A DNA stretch of 64,000 nucleotides from Moniliella sp. 'wahieum' (taxonomy: Eukaryota), in contig RSEE01000016.1 in assembly GCA_003971905.1 (NCBI GenBank), positions 434,001-498,000 of the forward strand. Reading direction: 5' to 3'. A model generated the notes under the pieces. The model saw only the letters and a program-made list of their open reading frames with translations. It did no database searches and had not been told where the DNA came from. Within the stretch, counting starts at the first letter, position 1. Every line of letters starts with the position of its first letter. The position numbers were made by a program, and so were the translations under genes. This document shows positions 1 to 13,262 of the stretch, piece after piece.

Positions 1-735
1 TTCGAGAGCGCCTGCCGATCCATCGCCCCTGCTTTGCCCCGGGGGGTCCAAGATAACGCTACCAAAGTGAGAGAATGCGAGCGAAAAAGCTATGCATATC
101 TCGCACGCTAAAATATAATGTTGTGGTTTTGGTTACCACAATTAAGCAGTGCTCACGCCCACTGAACTCGCTCGTCTGCTTGTATTAAGCAGTTGGCGCC
201 GCCAGGGCGTCTGCGTCCCCTGGCTCTTTTCGTCAACACTCTGCTCGATTAGAAGCAGGGGGGAGTTCTGTGTGGATTCACATACCAGCACACAACAGGA
301 GTGTTGTGTGGGTTTGAATTGGCACGCAAGCGACAACCCTTTTTAGCGGCAATGAAGGCCCAGTAACTGTGTTACAATGCAAACACCACGTGTTGAGTTC
401 TTCATCACCGTTCCTTCTTCATTCTTGTCCAACCACCTGGTGGAGGGCGGGTCAGAGGCACTCACCTTAACAATCAAGTACGAAGCAAGTAGAAGAATGG
501 CAAATAACAACTCTGCTACTATAGGTTCACATTATCGGCCACACCCGACATACAATAGAGACGTGTTTGGACATAAATTTGCATTCTTTTGGGGGGGTAC
601 GCCTGTGCCGATGATAGAGGATCCCACCCACTGCTGGCACCAAGGCGCTCTGAGGTCGGGGTTGATCGAGATCATAGCAAAGATGGGGCAAAGTGAACGT
701 GGTGGGAGGGGGGGCAGAGGCCAAGCCGAGCTCTT

Positions 736-3700
736 CTAACGCATGTGCGAGACGAGCTGTTTGATCCCCACGCATGCCCGTTGCAGATCCCCAGACACGA
801 TCGTGGCCAATTGAACGTGGATGTCAAGCGCAGCAGGTGCGTTGCGCGCCACGATCGCCTTGCACAGCTCATGGCAGCAACGCAATCACCGGTTCCGGCA
901 CAATTTCATTGTTGATTGCGTCCAACAGAACCCCAATCCGTCCGTCGACATCATCGGCAATCCGCTTGGGCACGCCACTGGCTCGGAACTTGGCTACTTC
1001 GCCGCTCAAGACACCAACGATAGGCTTGTGGGCCGGGGCACATGCGACCGGTCACCCGGCGGGTACTTCAGACCCGGCGCGAGGGGCGTCGTGGGCGTGG
1101 AGGTGCTCCAGCACCATTCCCCGGGGGGGGGCCGCGCCGACGCCCGGGAGGCCAGGGGTGCCCATCCGCGCAAGGCCCTGCGGTGGCGGCGGGACAAAGC
1201 CCGGGGGGCCACCGTTCAGGTGGGGCGTGGGTGGGGCAAAGCCCGGGGCAGGGTTGGGACGGAAGCCGTTGGCACCGCCCTGCGGTCCCATCGATGGCGG
1301 TGGCGCATACGGGTTGGGCTGGGGTGGACCCATGGGCGTCCTCGCTCGGAGAGGGGGAGAAAGCAGACCTGGCCCCGCCGCATGGTTAAGACCGCCCCGT
1401 GGCGGACCCGTCGGCCCACCGCGCATCGATCCTGCAGGTGAGCCAGGCACAGGCATGCCCGGGGTACGCGCACGCATGGGAGGACCCATGGGCGGCCCAC
1501 CGAGAGCAGGCGAAGCAGTAGACACCCCGGGTGTCAACCCCCGGGTGGGCCCTGCGGAGGGCCCATCGGTGGTTGCCCGGGTGCCGCGACGGCAGGCATA
1601 TTGGGGAAAGGAGCCGTGATCGGAGCGGCACGATGCCCCATCCCACTTGCTGGACGCCGGGCAGCGAGTGTCGGGATGTCGTTCCATCCGCTCACATCTC
1701 GCTTGGGAGGCGGCGCAGTGGGCGTGGCGGCGGCCTGAGCTGCCAAAGTTTGAGCAGTCGTGGCGGTGGGGGCACAGAGGCGCCATAGGGTGTTGCACTG
1801 TACGGGGCAGCAAACGAGGTGACGGGCGAGCCCACTCCTGGTGCAGGTACGTACGGGTTGGACGGGTTGGACGGGTTGGACTGAGCATACGGGTCCGTCG
1901 CTGTGGCCACAGGGGGTTCAACCGTGGGCACCATAGGGGCCACAGGCGCATACGGACTGGCCCCACTTGATGCCGGCACGGAGGCTGGGCCGGAGTAGGG
2001 GGGGCGTAACCCCTCCATACCCACCGTTTCGCCATAGCCGGGGCTGTGGGGGCGGGCGGCGCGTACAGGGAAGGGGCGGGGGGGGCAGCTCCATATGCGT
2101 TGGCTCTGGGCGCCACGAAGACTGCCCGTACCCGGCCGCGGTACTAGCCACCCCTTGGCCTGGAGTAGCTCGAGAGCAGTATCGGCTCCCTTGAGGGACA
2201 AATACCCAGCTGGGTGCGCTGGAGGAACGAAGCCGCGGCATCCGTCAAACCCTGGTCAGCGAGTAGGTTGACGTACTCCAGAATACGATCATAAAGTGGG
2301 GCAAGCTTGTATCCATCCTCCGGCACCATGCCAGCAGCATTTTGCAAGTCCACATCCACATATCCCACAGCCGATTCAAAGACCATAATTTTCTCAATGA
2401 ACGCTTGCAACGCCTCGGCATGGGCCGAGAGGCGCCGCGCTGAGAATAGGCCGGGTCCAAGGAACCATTCTGGCAGCGGCAAGGATGGCAGCTCCTGTTC
2501 TGCCATCTCGTCGCCCCAAATTTGCGCCATCTTTTCCAGTCTGCCAGAGGCGAGGTAGCAGACCGTAGCATTCTTACGGGCGTCCGGGGCTTGACCAGAA
2601 TAGTAAAGGTCCTCTAACCGTTGGCCCAGCGCCTCAGCGAGCACGCCAAAGTCCTCCGATTTGGCGTAAGTGCACAGCACAACAAAGGTCTCTTGCCAGT
2701 CGGCCAAGTCGGCATAGCACCACGTCCGCAAGGTCTTCGGAGACAATGGACTGGTACACGCGCAAGAAGGGGCTTGTGCCACTGTTCTTGGCGAAGTAAA
2801 CGACTGAGTTCTGGCCAACAGTTCATCCCCACCACGGACGGCAAGGAGGATAGCGTCTGCATACCGCTCCACTGATAGACACAGAGATACCGCGCTCTCA
2901 AAGTCACCCAAGATCAAAGCACGCGTAATATCCTGGTCCACGGAGCTCTCATGGGCAGGGTAGATGGAGAAGGGCCCTTTCTCAGCCACTGTCGAGGACA
3001 CGTCCTTCGTAACAGGAGCAGCAGGTGCGGAAACTTGGGGGGCAGCACCCAAGTTGTCGAAAAAGTCTTCGCCGCCATTTGCATCACGATCGGAGAAAGG
3101 ATCAGGTTGGGGTGGAGGTGCAACAAGTTCGTCTTGAACCGCGGCTTCCGCACTTGGACTCAACAGGTCGCCCATGGTCGCTCTAGCTTGCTCCAGGGAA
3201 GGGACAATCTTTTGTTCCAGGTCTTGCTTGGTCACACCAAGAAGAGTGATGAGTTCGTCTCGTGCACCCGAATTGAAGAGAGTTTGGAGGGCGGCCCAGT
3301 TCGACATCCTCGGGGTTGGAGCCATCGGTCTCGGCAGCTTGGCCTTGCTCAGCAGCAAACTCGGCCAGGGTGCCGCTTGCTACGGCTTGCTGCAGTCTTT
3401 CGGCCCGTTCCACAATCCCAGCTCAGTGACGACTTGCGGATGTGCACACCAGAACGATTGGGGTGTACTGAAACGAGCTGCCCACCAAATGAGAAGGCGG
3501 GCCGCGATTGGACGCTTGAGCCATTTGGGAGGCTGAACCAATGACACACCGGGCAAGGTCGGAGCGGTGACGCTTGGGAGGTTATTGAAAAAGTCATTGT
3601 CATCCACAGCGGCAGCTTGCTCGTGCTCCCGGGCGGCAGCCGCGGCAGTTTCGTCATTCTCGATTGAGTGGAGAGAGTGCACGCCAATCTGGCCGTCAAA

Positions 3701-4764
3701 GCTAGCCGTTGCGATCAGGTTAGGATCGCGTGGGCACCATTGGGCTTCAAAGGTCCAGTTGGTACTGGGCGAGAGCTCGCCCACATTTTGACCGGTTTGG
3801 GGGTTCCAGAGCAAAGTACGGTTGTCCTTGCCGCACGATACAAGCAGATCCTCATCTGCCATGCACCACCCAACAGACAAAATTCCCCTCGTGTGGCCCT
3901 GGAGAATCACTTCAGGAGCGTGAGCATTGCGCAGATTCCAGACCGAAATGACGGGGTTGGCATCATCTTCACTAGCGGTAACGAGACGAGTGGCAGTGCG
4001 CGGGTCCCAGGCGACAGAACTAGTACCAGCCGAACGTGCGCCAGGCGCGCTAAAGGCGCTACCAGCTGGACCAGCACCGCCATAGGTCAGGCAAGATACC
4101 TCGGATTTGTTACGCAGGTCCCATACCACCGTATTACCACTGTTGGAAGCCGAAGCAAGAATAGGGAGGAACTTTGTTGTTCCAGGCGAGAGCGGTGATG
4201 TCTCCGAGCTTGGCTGAGCGCTCGCCTGGAGAGTAGGCCTGCGCGGGTCATGCAAATCCCAAATGTAGATCTCACCGTTGATGCCACCCGAACCGAGAAG
4301 ATTGGGAGAGCTTGTTGAAATCGACGCCGCGCACCGGGCCACGGTGCGGTTATTGCGGAAAATCTGGGCGTCGTCAATCGAGCCAGCGAGCAGCTTGGAA
4401 GCATCCCAAGCTGTAAACTCACCGTTGTCGAGACCAGCAGCACGCACGCCGCTAGGGTGAGCCGGAGCCACATATCCCCACTTGAGACGACGGAAGCTGG
4501 ACGCGGGACGGGTTAGCAATGCAAGCTGGGCACGGCGTCAAGAGAGTGAGGGTCACATACCGTGAGCCTGCTGAGAGGGAGACCAGTGGCTTGATCGTCG
4601 CGGCGGCCGGCATAGTCGGGCTGCCAGAGCTCGAGAATCGAGTCGGACGAGAAGGAGTCGTCGAGGGCGCCCGACACGGTGCCGGTGGCGAGAATGGGGG
4701 TGCCGGTGTCAAAGCCCTCAGGCGACCAGGCCACGGTGGCCGTGCGGGGCAAGACGGCCTTCAT
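736..4764 (-). CDS. SEC31: COPII outer coat protein Sec31 (WD40 + ACE1 + Pro-rich + C-terminal helical domain); one intron, several frameshifts
   Basis: ATG at 4764 (MKAVLPRTATVAWSP..LATGTVSGALDDSFSSDSILELW); intron 4497-4560 (GTATGT..GCTAAC..CAG); WD40 repeats (GHTRGILSVGWC..DLLVSCGKDNRTLLW), QPPKWLKRP, ITRALILGDFESAV, GWNDIP and KYPPGDRSH motifs; C-terminus VGIKQLVSHMR* with TAG at 736-738. Confidence 0.93.
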
Positions 4765-5945
4765 GCTCGGGGCGGGGGGACGGGCTGGTCGGAGGTGGAG
4801 GCGAAGGAGAAGCGGCGCGGGCTGGGCCGTGGGCCGTGGGCTTGAGGTATTGCCGTGGCTGGTGGGCCGAGGGGGCTGCCGTGCAGCAACAGCGACCGCA
4901 ACGCATGGCACGGCGCAAGTGTAACGTGGTCCGCCCTGGAACCCTATTCGTCGGCCAGGGTGTGGAACGCAGCTGCCCAAACGTTCAATGTTGAAGGAAT
5001 GCTGACGCCGTCAGTATAGGCCAGCTCCACTCCAACTCTCCACACACGCGGACTCGTTTTACAGAGTCTACCGAAACGCATGCAAGCACACTCAGTAGCG
5101 CGTGCGCCTCCCACCCTCGGATACGCCCAAGCGACGCCGAGTGGGCCACCCACTGAGCCCCAGACTGGAGTGTAGCTTGATGGGGGCAAGTACGTATCGG
5201 GTGGTGTATGCGATTCTCTACTTGCTTAGACCATATATGCGCGCGTAGCTGCTTCTCTGACACTCCAAGCGCGTGTCGGCGTGACTTTGCTTGGCCACAG
5301 CTCTTTTCGATCTGTGCTTCGCGCCACATGCTGCTCGCGTACCATCCGCGCTCGGCTTTGATGCCATGGTCGGGAGTCTTGGTGGTAGCCTGCTGCGTCC
5401 CGACGCGCATCCTGCTCTCCCACTTTTCCTTCTTTTGGCCTTGCGCAGCACATCGCTGGCCGGCGGCAAAAAAGGCCGCAGTGCGTCCTGGCTGCTCGCC
5501 GCATTTATGCTCGGCATGAACGCGGTCGTCGTCGACACGGCATGGGGCTACCTGCAAGACCATGAAAAGGGAATGGCATGCACTTGCACCCGCTGGTGTG
5601 GTTTTAGCAGAGATGGGCGGCATGACTAGCTAGCTCATGAGTAGGACTGCTTAAACGACCGTGGGTAGCGGCGGTGGCTGCTGGTGGGGCATGTACAAGG
5701 GTAGGCTTGCAGCTTGTACGCGTTGAACCAGCGCAACTTGGGGCGGAATGATTAATGAGGCGGGGGCGGAAGGGGAGGCGTGAACCATCCCCGGACCAGT
5801 GATATATGATGCACGATGGATGACGTCGATGGCGCCCAGCACCTTCGAGCGACGTCGAGAGCGGCGTCGGACCAGCTGGACCCGCCGCACTACCCCAGAC
5901 AGGAGCGCATGCATGATGCGTGATGGATGATGCTGCTTGCGCCTG

Positions 5946-5964
5946 GACGTTTCCAGAACATTTC
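5946..5964 (+). promoter_or_regulatory. Heat-shock-element-like array upstream of HSP90
   Basis: GACgtTTCcaGAAcaTTTc: alternating nGAAn/nTTCn pentamers (two perfect, two imperfect) about 270 bp upstream of the HSP90 ATG. Confidence 0.55.
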
Positions 5965-6158
5965 ACGCCCGCAGGCGGTCAACGTCAACGTACTTCGAAT
6001 AAATACATACTGGCCCCGTGCGGGCGCCCTGCGGTGGAACACCTTCGCCCAGGTTCCACTGCGGGGGCACAACGCCGCCGCTGCCCCCGTGCCCAAACTT
6101 CCCGCACCCAGCAGCGGCCCGGCCGGGGTGCGCACGCACACCGGCCTCCTGCGCAGCG

Positions 6159-6165
6159 TATAAAA
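6159..6165 (+). promoter_or_regulatory. TATA box of HSP90
   Basis: TATAAAA about 70 bp upstream of the ATG, followed by a pyrimidine-rich leader. Confidence 0.65.
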
Positions 6166-6231
6166 CCGAGCACGGGCTCCACCGCTTGCCTCCTCTTCCC
6201 CATCATTTCCTCCCTTTCCCCGTCGTCTCCC

Positions 6232-8316
6232 ATGTCGTCGCCCAACTCGGAAACCTTTGGCTTTGCCGCCGACATCAGCCAGCTGCTGGACCTGATCATC
6301 AACACCTTCTACTCCAACAAGGAGATCTTCCTCCGTGAGCTCATCTCGAACGCCTCGGATGCGCTTGACAAGATCCGCTACGCCGCCCTCACCGACCCCA
6401 CCGCTCTGGATGAGGAGAAGGAGCTCTACATCCGCATTACTCCTGACAAGGAGAACAAGATCCTGTCCATCCGTGACACGGGTATCGGCATGACCAAGAC
6501 CGACCTGATCAACAGCATTGGTACCATTGCTCGTTCGGGCACCAAGGCATTCATGGAGGCTCTGTCTTCTGGCGCCGACATTTCGATGATTGGCCAGTTC
6601 GGTGTGGGCTTCTACTCGGCCTACCTCGTTGCCGACAAGGTGCAGATCATCACCAAGAACAACGACGACGAACAGTACATCTGGGAGTCGGCTGCTGGTG
6701 GCACCTTCACCATCACGCAGGACACTGTTAACCCTTCGATTGGCCGCGGGACGGAGCTGCGTCTGCACATGAAGGATGACCAGCTTGAGTACCTTGAGGA
6801 GAAGCGGATCAAGGAAATCGTCAAGAAGCACTCTGAGTTCATCTCGTACCCCATCCAGCTCGTCGTCACCAAGGAGGTCGAGAAGGAGGTCGAGGTTGAG
6901 GAGGAGGCTGCCGACGATGACAAGAAGCCTAAGATTGAGGAGGTTGAGGATGAGGACAACAAGAAGGAGAAGAAGAAGGTCAAGGAGATTGTCAAGGAGG
7001 AGGAGGAGCTCAACAAGACGAAGCCTCTCTGGACCCGGGATCCCAAGTCGATTGAGCCGGAAGAGTACAACTCCTTCTACAAGTCTCTGACCAACGACTG
7101 GGAGGACCCTCTGGCTGTCAAGCACTTCTCGGTTGAGGGCCAGCTTGAGTTCAAGGCTCTGCTCTACATTCCCAAGCGTGCTCCCTTCGATCTCTTTGAG
7201 AACAAGAAGAAGCGCAACAACATTAAGCTCTACGTGCGCCGTGTGTTCATCATGGACGACTGTGAGGACCTCATCCCCGAATGGCTCTCGTTTGTCAAGG
7301 GTGTTGTCGACTCGGAGGACCTGCCACTCAACATCTCGCGTGAGACCCTACAGCAGAACAAGATTCTGAAGGTGATCCGCAAGAACATTGTCAAGAAGGT
7401 CCTCGAGTGCATCTCGGAGATTGAGGAGGACGAGGAGAACTACAAGAAGTTCTACGAGGCGTTCGGCAAGAACATCAAGCTTGGTATCCACGAGGACTCG
7501 ACCAACCGCAACAAGCTTGCCGAGTTCCTTCGCTTCCACTCGACCAAGTCGGGTGACGAGCTCACCTCCCTCAAGGACTATGTGACGCGCATGCCCGAGG
7601 TGCAAAAGAACATCTACTACCTCACCGGCGAGTCGCTTCAGTCGATCAACGACTCTCCCTTCTTGGAGGCGCTCAAGAAGAAGGGCTTTGAGGTTCTCCT
7701 CATGGTGGACCCCATTGACGAGTACGCGGTTACCCAGCTGCGTGAGTTTGACGGCAAGAAGCTGGTTTCGGTCTCCAAGGAGGGCCTCGAGCTTGAGGAG
7801 ACGCCCGAGGAGATTGCCGCGCGTGAGGAGGAGGCGAAGAAGTTCGAGGGCCTGCTCAAGGCTATCAAGGACATCCTCGGCGACAAGGTTGAGAAGGTGG
7901 TTCTTTCGAACCGCCTTGTCGGCTCGCCCGTTGCTCTTGTCACTGGTCAGTTTGGCTGGTCGGCCAACATGGAGCGGATCATGAAGGCTCAGGCTCTGCG
8001 GGACACCAGCATGAGCTCTTACATGTCCTCTAAGAAGACGCTCGAGGTGAACCCCAAGAACCCCATCATTAAGGAGCTACAGGCCAAGGCCGATGCTGAC
8101 GCTGCCGACTCGACGGTGCGGGACTTGACTTGGTTGCTGTACGAGACGGCCCTGCTCACCTCGGGCTTTAGCCTGGACCAACCTCAAGACTTTGCCAACC
8201 GGCTGTTCAAGCTCATCTCGCTCGGTCTCTCGATTGACGAGACGGAGGAGGAGCCTGAGGAGGAGAAGGAGGCTGAGCAGCCCGAGGGCGAGAGCACCAT
8301 GGAGACGGTCGACTAA
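6232..8316 (+). CDS. HSP90: Cytosolic Hsp90 chaperone, intronless, intact frame
   Basis: [74 protein letters not shown] signatures; strongly biased codons; ends METVD*. Confidence 0.98.
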   Translation: MSSPNSETFGFAADISQLLDLIINTFYSNKEIFLRELISNASDALDKIRYAALTDPTALDEEKELYIRITPDKENKILSIRDTGIGMTKTDLINSIGTIARSGTKAFMEALSSGADISMIGQFGVGFYSAYLVADKVQIITKNNDDEQYIWESAAGGTFTITQDTVNPSIGRGTELRLHMKDDQLEYLEEKRIKEIVKKHSEFISYPIQLVVTKEVEKEVEVEEEAADDDKKPKIEEVEDEDNKKEKKKVKEIVKEEEELNKTKPLWTRDPKSIEPEEYNSFYKSLTNDWEDPLAVKHFSVEGQLEFKALLYIPKRAPFDLFENKKKRNNIKLYVRRVFIMDDCEDLIPEWLSFVKGVVDSEDLPLNISRETLQQNKILKVIRKNIVKKVLECISEIEEDEENYKKFYEAFGKNIKLGIHEDSTNRNKLAEFLRFHSTKSGDELTSLKDYVTRMPEVQKNIYYLTGESLQSINDSPFLEALKKKGFEVLLMVDPIDEYAVTQLREFDGKKLVSVSKEGLELEETPEEIAAREEEAKKFEGLLKAIKDILGDKVEKVVLSNRLVGSPVALVTGQFGWSANMERIMKAQALRDTSMSSYMSSKKTLEVNPKNPIIKELQAKADADAADSTVRDLTWLLYETALLTSGFSLDQPQDFANRLFKLISLGLSIDETEEEPEEEKEAEQPEGESTMETVD

Positions 8317-8815
8317 AAAGCAACTCCATTTCCCTACCCTTTCGATGGTAGCTCAGATCCCCCTTGCGTCCCCCTTCACCATCTATGTCCTTGTACCGTA
8401 CCCCGCAACCCCCCCCCCTCCCCCTAAAATCCCTATAGGCTCCGCACCTTGATCAATACACTGTCTTGTCCAAACAGATATCTAGATCAGGACCCAGACT
8501 TGGTTGTAGCATGAGTTTGGGGACAGGAAGAAAGTGAAGGAACATGGTGATCCTGATTGATGAAATGCAGAGATGATGATTCTGGCACGGGCTCGCGCTG
8601 CGTTTAGGGTGTATTTATACGCATCGACCGGCAACATTGCACGCCTCACTCGTAGTGCAAGCGAGGTCCGCCCCGTACGAATTGGATTCAGGAGCAGAGG
8701 CCAGTTTAATAACCACATGCTGACAGGCAGGATTAATGTGGCAGAGAGCATGGCGTGGGACATCCATGTTGAAGAAAAGGGCAAATGGCATAATCACGAA
8801 AGGGCATCTGTTAAG

Positions 8816-11800
8816 TTAACACAAGAGCACAATGCACCGTTGGGCAGATGGCCTGGTACGCACAATTGGTTCTTTTTCCCCGAGTCTCCCTGTCGTTTGC
8901 CACGCCCGCCATGGTTCCCACTCATCCGCCTCTGTTCGGGGTCGCAAGCTGGACAAAGGTGAGGGAGCGCTGGCGATGGTATTGGGGGGTGGGGTGGTGA
9001 GCGGGAGAGTTCTTCTCCGCCGGGCCCAGAAGGAGTTGGGGGAGGGATTCGAGCGGGAACATTGGCAAAACGGCCCACGCCAGCTGGATGAGGTGGGCCG
9101 AGGGTGGGTGGGAGAGGACAGCGGCCCGGAGGAGGGTTGATAGATCAGGGAAGAACGGCAGGAGGAATAAAGGGCAATACCTTCTTCTTCATGGTCTCCT
9201 TCCCCCTCTTCCTCCGTATTACATGCTGTCTTGCCCGGGTTTGTCTGTACTGTGAACGACATGGAACGCGGACTGTTGATGGCTCTCGCTGCATCCCCCG
9301 CCGGTTGTGCCATGCCAGAAGAGAGGAAGTGCAAGGCAGAAAACCAAGCTTGGTGAGCTTCAGCTGAAGCGGCGGTCAAGTACAGGTCGTGCCCTTCGGG
9401 CGAAGTAAGGACCAAGGATTCGTGGTGCAAACTAAAGCTGTCATTCCCACCAGGGAACTTGGGTGATCCATACAGCTTTCCGTCCAGATCAAAGTTCTGC
9501 TCCGACCTGATGCGCACAACAGGCATGCACTTGCTCATGCGCCCATCGGCTGAAGCCTGGCTGGGGGATACAGTGGGCCGGGTCGGAGACCAGTAGAGGT
9601 ATACCCCCTGATGGGTCCCACTGGCATGGATCCAGCAAAAGCGAACATGTCTGCGCTCCCACAGTCGTTTGCGTCGACGAGCTGCCACAGACAGAGTCTC
9701 GTCCCCTTTCCCTTTCCCCTCTGCATTGAGTATGACCGCGGGTTTGTTGTGAGAGGAGAGGGAGATGAGCGCTTTGTTCCAGGGTGCACGAGTGTACTTG
9801 ATCATGAACATCCCCGACTGAAGCTGCGCGACAGCATTGGCGATGGAACCCGCCCCACCCTGGGAGCCTTTGCTCGTCACCCCTACAGGTTCAAGCGGCT
9901 GACTTGGGACAAAATCCCGCGCCGAGCGCATAGTCACTGCCGCCGAATGGGACTGGTGGCCCTTCTTGCCAAAGTAGGACCCCAAGGTACGGTACCGACG
10001 GGGAACGAGAGGATCAAAAGGTTCAGCCTGAGGGTTGGGTTGTAGATTGGTAGAAGTCCTGCTCCTAGGCACTGCCGGGTTGTCCAGTCGAGAGACGGAA
10101 CGATCGATCAGAATGCTCTGTAGTGTCAAGTGGTCCGTACGGGGGAGATGAGGGGTATCATCGAAAATGGGCTCGGTACAGGAAGATCTCAAAGCAGACT
10201 GGCCGGTGATACTGACCGCCTGTGTTGGGTTGCTACCCCCCACTTGGATAGTATGTTTGTCCGGGAGCCGCTGACTTTGGATCGAGGGAGGGGTTTCCGA
10301 GTCTGTACCTTGCTCATGCCCACCACTGGCAGGACCCATTTCCTTGTCTGTGCGCCCGGAAGGGTGTGATGAAGATGGTGAGGAAGTTCCTTCGTTTGCT
10401 TCATCAGGGTAGGATGCGGGGCGTGGATTAGCTGAGGTAGATGCATAATCCTGCTGGCGTGTAGAAGGGTGGAGAGATGGGAGACCAAAGCCTCTGTTAG
10501 GATTTAACAACGGGGGGGCTGTAGCACTAGGTAAAGTCAACTCAAACACAGACGGGCGCCTCGTGCCTCCTGCGCTGGAGACAATCCTGGGCTGCGAGAT
10601 TGTGGGCCTGTTGGTCTCGGTTCCAACCCCTAGTGAACCCACCGGGCGTTGAGCCAAAGTTGCGTAGCCCTTCACTTATGAAAGATCCTTTGATGGTTGA
10701 GCTGTGTGTGATAGACCGTGTCCCACTCCATGTTGGTTGCTCAGCAAACACGGCCGAAGGCTCAGGGTCACTGCCAACATCTTGTTTTTCTTCCGCCCTT
10801 TCTAAATGATGCGACAAAGGAAACATGGGAGGATTCAAGTCGGTTTGAAGTGTCACTTGGACTCTTCGGTCACCATAAGCGTGGTGTTGAATGCCCTCCA
10901 CCTCCATCAGCTGTGGTGCACAATGCGTCAAGTCTGCCCAGGAGATGGGACAGGATCGACTGTGGTCGCAGGGGTGATATTGACGCGGTTGTGTAGTATC
11001 AAGGAGTTGTAGCGGGGTTACATGAGTGAATGACCAAAATCAAGATCGAATGGCACGCTACTGCTTTCAGACGCATCTTGAAACCTGTCTTTATCATCCT
11101 CGCCGTCTGTTGCCTCCATCTCCTCGCGAGTCGACGTCCCATACCTTTCGCTCGGGTTGGAGAGTAACAAGGCTTCATCTGCGTGCCTGGCATCCATATT
11201 CAGATCAGCCGCATGGACAGTGGACCCGTTGTCAGAAGTGTGAATGCCGTTCATCAACGGGATTTCCATTGAGGTATTAATAAGACGATCGTCGCCATCA
11301 AGTACACACGAAGACGCTTCATTTTGATGACGTGTGGGGGGTGGCAATGCCATTTCGGGTGCCTCTACTTGTTCCTGTTCTTTCAGTGGTATGAACAGGG
11401 TGACCTGCTCCTGTTCTTCTTTGACATCGATGAAGAGGTGCAATGATGCTGCTCCATGCTGCTCGGCAATGGATTTAAGATGTGCAAGCAGCGAGTCGTT
11501 GGTGGCACTCACAGGCATAATATCCACCATAACTCGGTCCTGGAGTCCTTTTGCCTGGGATGTTGCTGATGTAGGCATTCTGGTGGGTGGGCGGTGAAGA
11601 GAGGCAGACTGACCCTTCTCCGGATCAGAAAACGTGGTCACGAGAACCCGTACGGATGCCATCTGGCCGCTCGACACTCCTAAGCTGCTGCACTCCTGGT
11701 TCCAATAAACAATTGAGACGGGGGGTGGCCATTGGTGATGCCTGGTGCGACGATATAAAGGCTTCCTTTGGGGCCGTATTAACACCATGTGAATCAACCC

Positions 11801-13262
11801 CGTTCCGATCTTTGATGTGCTCATCCGTGTTGGCCGACGAGAGAAAGCGGGAGGGATTTTGATCGTGTAGCACCTTTGACTCAGGGTCTTGCACACAGCC
11901 CCGTTCGTATGCAATGGAGCCAATAGGTGTATGAAGAGTGCGTTGGAAGCCTTTATCGTTGTCGGATTGGGTTGGTTTCCCCTTTAGAAAAGCCAACTGT
12001 AGACGAAGTGCTTCAACCTCTTCATTGTGCTTGGCAAGCATCTCATCCTGGGTTTCTCTGGAAGATACCAATTGGGCTTGCAGCTCTACAGCTGACGCCT
12101 CAGCCTGAGAGCATTTGATCTGGAGTTCGATCATCTCCCCTTGGGCCACTTCATGAGCTAGGTGTAGATCGCACAGCTCAGCAGACATCATATCTGCCAA
12201 ACACAAATGAAGGACACAGGCTATTATTAGTGTCCGTGATCTTTTTTGTTATGGAACTTTTGGTCATGCACTCTGTTGCGCACTTGTACAGAAGAGGGAT
12301 ATGGTGTGGTAGAACAAAGGAGACGTACCGTTGGCATGTTGAACCATGTTGAGCTGGGTCAGGTAACCCTCATTCCTTTCGTGTAACCTATCAACAAGGG
12401 CATCGCGCTGGGTCTGCCTGGTTTTTAGCAGCGCTGATTCCAGCCGGCCTAGGGTCTCGTGTGTTCCGTCCGCATCAAGGAAAGGGACGTGGTGAGAGAA
12501 GCATTGTCGGTTTGGAGCCGACGCAGTTGAACCAGGAGCTTTTCTTGTATGTTCCGCGCAAACACAGCGTCCAGGTCGATTGACGCCGATGTCCCGCTTT
12601 CGCCTTGAAATCCGTCAAGTGCGGGACGGTGGCAGGGATCGTCTTCATTCCGGGCTCGCCGAGTGGCTTGTGTTTTGGCCCGCTCCCGCAACAAAGCCAT
12701 GGCGGGGGAAGAGGTTCGATCTGCACCATTCTTTTGATGTAGCTGACACAGCAGGAGGTAAAGCGGAGTTAGATGACGAATGCGCGACGACAAGCTGCAC
12801 TAGATGGTCAAGCCGGCGCTGCCGCTCTTTGGCGAAACGAGTCTGAGCGGAAGTGATGTGGGAGCGGAGCTGCTGAATCCGGAGGAGAACGTCGTCAGTG
12901 CCAGAGGCTGGGTCATGAAGGGCCAGCCTAGGCTGCTTGCTGGGTACTGGAGGAGATGGCAGAGTGGTCATCCAACTAGACCAATTCGGTAGACTGGGCA
13001 TCGTGTTCTGTGAGCTCGGCTTGGTGGAGCTGCTTTGGGGCGTTAGTGAGGACAGCAAGCCATGCGTGTGCGGTGGCCTCGTGGTGCTCCAGAGTATTGG
13101 TGAGGGCAGCGGCAGCCTGGACTTGAGGGCGAGAGTGGCACAGTGGCGCTCAAGGTGAGCGCGACATTCCATTTCCTCTTCGCGGACAATGGAAGGGCGG
13201 TCGAGCGGCGGGGACGAGGGCTGCGTCGTGGCTCCTGAAAGGGGGGATGCTGCGGGCGTCAT
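8816..13262 (-). CDS. Num1/ApsA/Mcp5-like cortical dynein anchor (N-terminal coiled coil, C-terminal PH domain); intron and frameshifts, boundaries approximate
   Basis: Coiled coil DLDAVFARNIQEKLLVQLRRLQ; PH domain IANAVAQLQSGMFMIKYTR..RHVRFCWIH..LYWS..LHHESLVLTSP..LYLTAASAEAHQAWFSALHFL resembling the Mcp5/Num1 PH family; intron 12194-12328 (GTACGT..CTAAT..CAG). Confidence 0.7.

Noticed and set aside
1..735. Short ORFs, an intron-like segment (about 478-525) and a 7-bp hairpin (121-141) at the window start
   Set aside because: No recognisable product; possibly a gene end or UTR, but not supportable
4985..5629. Possible small membrane-protein gene between SEC31 and HSP90, with an intron-like GTACGT..TAG at about 5189-5229
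   Set aside because: No recognisable family and no consistent reading frame; cannot be supported
5920..6231. In-frame 104-aa N-terminal extension of the HSP90 ORF
   Set aside because: It spans the HSE-like and TATA elements and lacks HSP90 codon bias; ATG 6232 fits the family start
5890..7125. 411-aa antisense ORF over HSP90 (and the 460-aa antisense ORF 52046-53428 over SPE3-LYS9)
   Set aside because: Expected by-product of strong codon bias in highly expressed GC-rich genes; no independent motifs
8816..8840. CAAX-like CIVL near the end of the Num1-like ORF
   Set aside because: It is followed by two more residues (CIVLLC*), so it is not a terminal CAAX box
10991..11000. GTGTAGTATC match to the U2 snRNA branch-recognition sequence
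   Set aside because: Only 10 nt, inside a coding region, with no flanking U2 sequence
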